32,000 nucleotides of DNA from assembly GCA_963718915.1 (NCBI GenBank), contig CAVRAI010000009.1, forward strand, positions 120,001-152,000, in the 5' to 3' direction. The notes beneath the pieces were generated by a model. That model was not told the origin of the DNA and searched no databases. It saw only the letters and a program-made list of their open reading frames with translations. This DNA comes from an uncultured Chloroflexia bacterium (GTDB lineage Bacteria > Chloroflexota > Ktedonobacteria > Ktedonobacterales > JADMIN01). Positions 24,444-32,000 of this stretch are shown here, piece after piece (positions within the stretch are counted from its first letter, which is position 1; each line of letters opens with the position of its first letter). Position numbers and translations under genes: made by a program.

Positions 24444-25464
24444 CTATCCGCCAAATGTCACGGGTAGGATACCCAGGGCGGCGCAGATGCGCGCGGTATC
24501 GGCGTGGTGTTGCGCGGTGGGGCGGGCGTATTCGAGGCACCAGAGCAATTGATAGATCGGGCGGCGTTTGGGTAGTCGTCGGCGATGGGCAGGGACGCGG
24601 TGTAGCCTTCGGTGAAGCCGTCGCCCATCATGTCGCGCCACAGCTCCAGCCGCGCGATGTCCGACTCGGGCAGCCCGCCCACGCGCTGCCGAAGTCGAGC
24701 ACCGCCGCGAGTCGCCAATCGTCATCCGGTTCGTCGCCGGGCACGAGCAGCAGGTTGTTGGGGTTCAGGTCTTCATGCGTCAGCCGTGGCTCGATGAGGT
24801 CCGCGAAGTCGCTGGCGTGCGCCTGGATCACCGTGGCGAAGAGATCGGCGTGCGCGGGATTGGCGATACGTCGCCGGGCGCGTGCTGCGAGGGCCTCGAT
24901 GCTTCCCTCCCCTTGCAGGAGGCTGGTGCGCGAGCCGTCAGGCTCGGAGCGCGCGTCCAGCGCGCGCAGCGCCAGCGGGCCGGAGGCCGGGGCTGGGGGT
25001 GAGGTCTCTTCCACCTCGCCGAATTGGGGATAGCGCAAGCTGTGCAGTGCGGCGGTGGCCTCGCCCAACTGGCGGAAGATGTCGTAGCGGGCGTGCGGCG
25101 ACATGCGCTTCAACCCGTCGCGCCAGCCCATTCCCGGCGCGTGCGCCATCATCAGGTAGCGCCAGGGGAAGCGCTGGCACGAGTCGTCCACCGCCAGCAC
25201 CCCGCAGACCGGGACGGAGGTCTCGCCAGCGACACGCTGCTGAATGGCGGCCTCGCGGGAGAAATGGGTCGCCGATGTGGCGTCCGCCAGCTTCAGCACG
25301 ATGACCCGCGCCGGGAAGACCAGCGTGGCAAAGACGACCGCATGATCGTCGGCGTGCGTGACCGGATGCCACGCCAGCACGCGGCACTTCGGGCCAAAAA
25401 CCTCGCGCGCCAGCGCCTCGATATCGTCGCGTACCAGTTCGGGCATCTCGGCCTGCTCTCCCAT
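24444..25464 (-). pseudogene. aminoglycoside/choline-kinase-type phosphotransferase (APH family), frameshifted near the 3' end
   Basis: ORF 24628..25464 carries the catalytic loop LTHEDLNPNNLLL and VLDFGSA. The C-terminus continues in two other frames (PESDIARLELWRDMMGDGFTEGY, then YQLLWCLEYARPTAQHHADTARICAALG...*). Confidence 0.8.
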
Positions 25465-25477
25465 CGGTCAACGGTCA

Positions 25478-26782
25478 CTAGTCCAGCGGCAGCGTCCACG
25501 AGACCCGCGCCGGGAAGAGTGTTTCCAGCAGTGGTCGCATCGCATGGTTCACCCATACGTCAGGATTCGCTGCCCGCAGCTCCGCGACACTCTGATAGCC
25601 GAACAGGAGCCGCAGGAAGACCAGCGGCGGGAAACCGGCATGTCCGGCATCCCATGCGCCCGGCGCCCAGTCTTCGGCGGTCGTAAGTCGGCCCGCCGCG
25701 AAGACCAGCCGCAGGCCGCCACGATAGAAGCTCAATCGTACCTCGCCCGTAAAGCCCGCGACGATGCTGTCAGCCAGCCGCCGCTCCAGCGCGGGCGCAA
25801 GATGCCTGACGAACGCGGGCAGGTCGGCAATACGCACATACCAGGCATAGGGCGGCAGCTTCACGATGGGCCAGTCATATGGCAGCGCGTCATACGCGGG
25901 ATGCGCGCGGCCAAGCGCCAACGATAGTATGGTGGCGACTTGCGTTCGTGGATGCGGCGCGGGCAAGCCGGGCGCCTGCGCGGCGAGCGCCCGGAGCAGC
26001 GAGGGTAGCGCCGTAGCCATTGGCACGCCCTCATCGACGACCAGACCGCGTATAATAAACATGTTGTCGTAGCGTACGCGCGCGGTGAGTACATAGCCGA
26101 CGACGCGCTGATCGCCGTCGAGGATGACTTGCGTCAGCCAGTTCTCGTCGGTCTCCGGGTGCATGCCCGCGATGATCCAGCGCCAGGTGGCTTCGTCTAT
26201 CACGGCTGAGACGAGCGCAGTGCACGGTCACGGTCATAGAGCGCCATCACACGGGGCAGGTCATCCAGCGTGGCAGCGCGGAGCGTGTATGGCTCGGTTG
26301 TGTCTGCCGCCAGCGCGGGAATGGCGCTCATCGCGATTCGATGGCTGCCGCCGAGATCAGCGCGTATTCATAGCCGAACTGGCGGTAGTAGTAGTAGATG
26401 CCGGTGATGCCAACGGCCAGATCGCGCGCGCATCGCAGCGGGCATGGAGCAACTCGAAGATGGCGCGAATCAGTCCGCGATTGCGATAGCCCAATTTGGT
26501 CGCCACCGCCTCGGGACGGCCCACCGGAAAGGCGATACCGTCATACGTCCATGTCTGGCGCATCAGCACGGCGCCCGCGACGATTCGCCGTCGCGGTATC
26601 CTCCACCAGCGCGAAATCGCCTGGCCCGGCCAGCGGATGCCTGCCGCTCATCAAGTCTTCTATCCAATGGCCGAAGTAGGTGTTCGGCGGATCGGCCTCC
26701 TCATCGCGGAAAGCCTCGGCGCTGAGTCGCGCTAATCCTTCGGTGTCTTTTTCGGTTGACCAACGCAGGAGCAATCCGCCAT
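25478..26782 (-). pseudogene. Eis-like GNAT acetyltransferase with C-terminal SCP2-like domain, frameshifted in the N-terminal half
   Basis: The C-terminal 241 aa are intact (ORF 25478..26203). The N-terminal GNAT motifs (LLLRWSTEKDTEGLARL, VATKLGYRNRGLIRAIFELLHARC, ITGIYYYYRQFGYEYA) are spread over ORFs 26541..26774 and 26357..26569 plus a third frame. The start is ATG 26782 (needs an indel) or TTG 26774. Confidence 0.7.
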
Positions 26783-27283
26783 CAAGCGCGCGCTGGTATG
26801 AAGCGTCCGCGAGCGCTTCGCGTCGCGTGACTTTGTTGTTGTCGATGTTGCTAATGACCCAGAAGACACAAATCCAATCCTTTTCTTCCCGTCCATCCAG
26901 ATACGGCTTCAGTATGCCATATCGGCCATGCCGCCCGTCTGGGATTCTGCCGGAAATGGCGATGCGCAGCGAGCGGGCGAACGGTCGGCGGCTAGTGGGC
27001 GAGGTGGGTGGTAGAGCAGGTTCGCGGTATGAATGCCGCGGCTAATCGTGGGGCGCGGCACATCTGCACGATAGACGATGTGGGCTGTCTGCTGGTACTG
27101 GCGAGGGTGCGGCGCTTGCGCGATCCCGCTATACTGTAAGCGACTAGGGCGATGGCGGCAATGAAGCGGCCGGAACGCAACACACTGATCGTGTCCCTGA
27201 ATCCCGCGCGAGGCGTGCGTGGGCGGGGACTTTTTTTGCGCCCTTCCCCGGCATTCATGGCGATTCAAAAGTAAGCAGGCGAG

Positions 27284-28325
27284 ATGATGGCATTATCTTC
27301 TTCACGGGTTCCTGTGGCGGTGGTCAACGGCACTGGATACGGCGGCGTCGAAATCCTTCGACTGCTGCGCCGCCATCCCGATCTTCGAGCTGGCCGAGGT
27401 GCACGGCGCGTTCGGAAGCAGGTCAGCCGCATCGGCGATGTCTTTCCACATTTGGGACACATGGAGCGCACCTTCGGCGAGGACGTGACGCAGGCGGAGC
27501 TCGTCTTCGTCGCCCTGCCGGATGACGCCGCCGTCGAGCGCGTGCCCGAGTATCTGCGCGCGGGCCGACGGGTAGTGGACCTCTCGGCGGCCTTCCGCTT
27601 GCGCGACAAGGCGCTCTATCCGCGCTGGTACGGCTACGAGCATCCCGCGCCAGCACTGTTGGAGTCGGCGGTCTATGGGCTGGCTGAGTGGGCGCGCGAC
27701 GAACTGCCCGATGCTCAACTGGTCGCCGGTACCTGGCTGCTACCCGACGGCGGCGCTCTTGCCACTGCTGCCGCTGCTGGCCGCCAATATGATCGAGCCT
27801 GATGTGATTGTGGACGCCAAGTCGGGCGTGAGCGGCGCGGGCCGCACGCTGCGCCTGAGCAGCCACTTCAGCGAGGTGAACGAGGACGTGAGCGCCTATG
27901 GGCTGGGCGGCCATCGCCACCTGCCAGAGATTCGCCAGCAGCTCGAACGCGCCGCCGATACGTCCTGTCGCGGCTGACATTCACGCCGCATCTCGTGCCG
28001 ATGACGCGCGGCATCCTGGCGACCAGCTACGCGACTCCGCGCCCCGGCGTGACGCTCGACGACGTGCGCGCCGCGCTGGAAAGGGCCTACCTGTGGCTCA
28101 CCGTTCGTGTGGGTGATGGAGCAGCCGCCACACACGAAGTGGACGCTCGGTGGGAACCTCTGTTACATCACGCCCGCGTGGGACACCGAGAGCGAGCGGC
28201 TGATTCTGGTAAGCGCGATCGATAATCTGGTGAAGGGCGCGGCGGGCCAGGCGATTCAGTGCGCCAATCTGATGTATGGACTGGACGAGGCGGTAGGATT
28301 GCCGCGCGAAGGAGTGTACCCCTGA
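27284..28325 (+). pseudogene. argC: N-acetyl-gamma-glutamyl-phosphate reductase, multiply frameshifted
   Basis: VAVVNGTGYGGVEILRLLRRHPDL, the active-site region [51 protein letters not shown] and AIDNLVKGAAGQAIQCANLM appear in order but across all three frames. Confidence 0.88.
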
Positions 28326-29216
28326 TGGCGGACGCGACAGCGATAGCAAGTGTGGGCGAGCTGGCGGCTGCCAGCCAGGTTGCGCGACACGCGGTCATCG
28401 CGCAGGTGCTGCGTGAGGCGCAACCGTACATCGAGACGCTGCGCGGGCGGACGCTGGTCATCAAGCTGGGCGGCAGCACGCTCGACAATCAACGCGACGC
28501 GCTCGAAGATATCGTCTGGCTGCGCGGATTGGGCGCGCATCCGGTGCTGGTGCATGGCGGCGGGCCAGAGATCAACGACTGGCTGGAGCGGGTGGGCCTG
28601 CCGCGGCGGTTCGAGCGCGGCCTGCGCGTGACCGACGCCGCGACGCTCGATGTCGTGCGGATGGTGCTGGCGGGCAAGGTGAACGGCGACCTGGTGCGGC
28701 TGCTCGTGAGCCTGGGCGGCAGGGCCATCGGCCTCACTGGCATCGACGGCGGGCTGCTCCACGCGCGCCAGATTGCGGCTGACCTGGGCTATGTTGGCGC
28801 GGTCACGACGTGTGGACGCCGGGGTGATTACGGCGCTGAGCGCGGCGGGCTTCATCCCGGTCATCGCGCCCATCGCGCTGGGGGACGGCGATACCGTGCT
28901 CAACGTCAACGCCGATGACGCCGCCGCCGATCTGGCTCGCGGTCTGAGCGCCACCAAGCTGCTCTACCTGAGCGACGTTCCTGGCGTCCTGGATGCGCAG
29001 GGCAGACTGCTCTCGGAGCTGACCGACCATGAGGTGCGGGCGCTGATCGATCAGGGCGTGATCTCCGGCGGGATGATCCCGAAGGCGGAGGCGGCGCTGC
29101 GGGCGCTGGAGACGACCGAGCGCGTGCATATCGTCGATGGCCGCGAGCCACACGTGCTGATCCGCGAGCTTTTCACGCACGAAGGCGCGGGCACGATGAT
29201 CCAGCGGGCGCGATAA
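28325..29216 (+). pseudogene. argB: acetylglutamate kinase, one frameshift near 28800
   Basis: The start overlaps the argC stop (TGATG). LVIKLGGS, VLVHGGGPEI, RVTDAATLDVV, then in a second frame IPVIAPIA, NVNADDAAADLA and ISGGMIPK. Confidence 0.88.
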
Positions 29217-29423
29217 GCGGCGCGCCGAAATGTCTCTCGCGCCACACAACCGGTGCACTTCCACCATCGCGCCTGCCCAGGCCTTTCAAAGACGCCGAAT
29301 AGCGCGTACTATTTGCGTATACATGTCGCGTATTCACGTATACATGGGCGCACATAGGCACAGAAGCACATGCGACGGAACCTCTGATGCGCCAGCTTGC
29401 GCGAGTGAATCGAGGGCGTCAGG

Positions 29424-31098
29424 ATGGGCAATTACGCGCGAACAAGGATACGCACACACCGCACGTCGTCAGTGGCGTCGGAGGACGAGAAGCGCCGCCT
29501 CGCGCTGACATCCACAACGCGCGACCAGGAAGCCCCTGCCGCGCTCAACGATCCGGGCTACACCTTCGGCCAGATTGCCGTCCAGCCCGCGCCAGCGATG
29601 GAGCCACAGACGAAGCCGCGCGTCAGCCAGCCGGGCGATGCCCACGAGCAGGAGGCGGACCAGGTGGCCGAGGCGGTGATGCGCATGCCCGCCACTGAGA
29701 CAGCGCCCTCGGGCGATACGACCGCCGCGCACACCACAACAAGCCAATCGGGCGCGCATGAGGCGCTTCCTGGCAGCGACGGCCAGCCACTCGACGCGGC
29801 GACGCGCGCCTACATGGAGCCGCGCTTCGGCCACGACTTCGGCCATGTCCGCGTCCATTCCGACGAGCAGGCGGCGCAGGCGGCGGCGGACTACCATGCG
29901 CGCGCGTATACCGTTGGCGGCGATATCGTCTTTGGCGCGCAGGAGTACGCGCCAGGGACGAAGCCGAGGGCCAGCGACTCATCGCGCACGAGCTGAGCCA
30001 CGTCGTCCAGCAAGGGAGCGATGCGACGGCAGCCGCGACGGTGCAGCGCGAGCCAGAAGGTAGCGACCAAAGCGCCGCCAACGGTTGCAAAGGGCCTCTC
30101 CGAAGGCGTGCAGGGCTACATGGAGAACACGAGAGGGAGGCGCCGCCGACCTCGAAGACGAGGCGCTCGCGAGTCAGGTTATGGGCTTTCAGCAGGCGAT
30201 TCTCACCGGGTGGCAGACCGCGCTCGCTAATTTCCTCGTCGTCCTGGAGAGCAAGTCCGATAAAGAATCGAGTCCTGATTTCCAGAAGGCGATGGGAAAG
30301 TTCTTCCTCGAAAAAGCGGTGGGCAAGATTGGATCAGTCGCCAAGTGGGCTTTGGGCGAGGTTTCCGAGAAAGCCACAAAGCCGGTGGAATTTGGGCTGG
30401 ACGCGCTCAAGGCGCTGAATGAAGAGGTGAAGCGGGCGGAGGAGGCCAAAGAATCGGCGACCCTGCGCGATTTCTATGTTCAGCATAATACCTCCATCGG
30501 GAAGATGCGTCAGGCCGTGGAGGCGGGAACGCCGATGATTGTCGCGCGCGTGGGCAAGATTCGTGATGCGATGTTCCGTGCCACCGACACGAAGAAAGGC
30601 ACGGCCACGGAGGCGCTGAACGATGCCGCCGACAAGTACACCACGATGCGGATGGTATTGAGCGACGCGTATGCTGAGGTGCAGGCGCGAGCGCAATTCT
30701 CAACGCCCGAAAACATCTTTCGTCTGCTGACTGAAGAATGGATTCGCGGGAACACCGTCAAGGAAGGCTGGGGCACAAAAGAGGCGAGTGTCGTCATTCG
30801 CATGAATAAAGACTTCTCGATCAAGGATGCGCATATCCAGGGGACGGGCGGCCAGAAGATCGCGGAGCAACTGGCGAAGGACGCCGAGTCGGAACATGCG
30901 GGCGGCGTGAACTTCTACCAGATGGAGATACGGAAAGAGATCGAGTACTACGGCAACGACGGCAGCTACCCAACCGCGTATGTGCATCTCTACGCGGACA
31001 ATAGCATCCACGGCTATGTGCGCGGCGATGAGGAAGCGGCAAGGGTGTGGGAATATATCAAGCGCCGGAGCCGCAGGTCTGACCACCAAGAAAGTTGA
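29424..31098 (+). pseudogene. DUF4157-domain protein (zincin-like HExxH module) with a long uncharacterised C-terminal domain, frameshifted
   Basis: The DUF4157 hallmarks appear in order: QPGDAHEQEADQVAEAVM, GQPLDAATRAYMEPRFGHDFGHVRVHSD, AYTVGGDIVFG, then after a frame change EGQRLIAHELSHVVQQ. The sequence continues through further shifts into the 337-aa ORF 30085..31098, which has no motif I recognise. Confidence 0.75.
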
Positions 31099-31158
31099 GG
31101 GCGACTGATAGCCCGGCTGACCAGAGCAGCTCGTAGCGCATCAGGGTACGTGAATCTG

Positions 31159-32000
31159 TTACCGCGAGGCGGCGACCATATCCAGCGAAGGAACGGCCTC
31201 GGGCGTCGCGGCTTTCTCCTCAGCAATGGGCGCGGCGGCGGGCCGGGGGCGGCGGTGCTGCCTGCGCGAAACGAGCGCGCGCACGGCGAGGGTCGTCCAG
31301 ACGCCGAGGACCAGCGGGCAGGAACCAGAAAACGCGATGCCGGAAGGGAATCCCTGAATCAGCGTGAGCAGACTCTGCGGCGTTTCGCCGTTCCTGGCGG
31401 GGACGATCCCGCCGCTGCTGATGAGCGGCCAGTAGAGGTCGGTCAGCGGGAAGGGCGGGTCGGTGTGATAGATGCGCACGCCGAGCGCGACGAAGAGGAA
31501 TGAGATCGCCACCCCATAGACGAGCGAGACGGCGAACGCCACGCGCAACCAGCGGCGCGGATGGTCCACCACCCAGGCGAGCGCCATGCAGGCAAACGGC
31601 AGCATCGGCACCAGCAGGCGCGGGCCGGGCAGCTCACCCGCCATCGGCAGGAAGTACGATGAGATCGCCAGTGGATAGAGCACCACCACCCCCAGCGAGA
31701 CCAGCGCCTCGGGCGTGCCAGGCGTCTGAAGCGTTGCCCAGAGCCGTCTCAGCCCGCGCATGAGCGGCGACGATGCCAGATGCGCCTACGGACACTTTGG
31801 CTGTTGCTCGATAGCCGCGGCGCAGCCAGCGCAGCAGGCCCAGCGGCACGAGCAGCAGGAACGGCGACTCGATCAGCAGCCCGCGCGGGAAGGCCAGCGT
31901 TGACCAGAGACTATCCAGGTGCGGTGTGGTGATGCCAAAGAACCCGTCGTGCTGCCCGGAGAACGCCGGATCGCTGACATAGGCGTAGCTGAGATGGAAC
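31159..32000 (-). pseudogene. polytopic membrane protein, possibly a GT-C/family-39-type glycosyltransferase (C-terminal part; 5' end outside window), one frameshift near 31760
   Basis: The reverse strand from 32000 reads FHLSYAYVSDPAFSGQHDGFFGITTPHLDSLWSTLAFPRGLLIESPFLLLVPLGLLRWL, then shifts into ORF 31159..31761, which has several TM helices. Function is only a guess. Confidence 0.5.

Noticed and set aside
31099-31158. Search for an immunity gene immediately downstream of the DUF4157 protein
   Set aside because: Only 60 nt separate it from a convergent membrane-protein gene, so there is no room for an ORF and a toxin-immunity pair cannot be claimed here.

Overview
GC-rich bacterial chromosomal DNA (about two-thirds G+C by eye outside the anomalous block). 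The gene set (PspA/PspAA/PspAB-like, DinB, DUF4157, Eis-like GNAT) and the GC-rich intergenic hairpin repeats suggest a Chloroflexota- or Actinomycetota-type organism, but I cannot place it from sequence alone. Gene content is mostly ordinary: cdsA 3' end, two VOC proteins, GNATs, an MDR dehydrogenase, an OmpR-type response regulator with its histidine kinase, an esterase, an acyltransferase-3, an acyl-CoA ligase, comA, phosphomannomutase, pspA-pspAA, a DinB protein, several hypotheticals, a PspAB-like protein, htpX, an FMN-dependent hydroxyacid oxidase, an APH-like kinase, argC-argB, a DUF4157 protein and a polytopic membrane protein. Two non-biological-looking signals dominate. (1) Region 14.8-18.95 kb holds A239, then T18-G30-T165, then a ~900-nt GT-rich, C-poor segment, then T2023-A30. 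I read this as sequencing or assembly junk; parts of the GT-rich segment resemble Oxford Nanopore adapter/primer sequences as I remember them. (2) Many clearly recognisable genes are broken by multiple frameshifts, in patches (about 5.1-14.4 kb, one in dinB near 15.3 kb, and 24.4-31.8 kb). Positions 1-5.0 kb and 18.95-24.4 kb read cleanly. This points to uncorrected indel errors rather than mass pseudogenisation. I found no CRISPR array, tRNA, rRNA, transposase or integrase. I do not see a convincing novel multi-gene system. The most interesting biology is a DUF4157 (polymorphic-toxin-type) protein with an unrecognised, lower-GC C-terminal domain, and a Psp membrane-stress gene set (pspA-pspAA, PspAB-like, htpX) split by the junk block.
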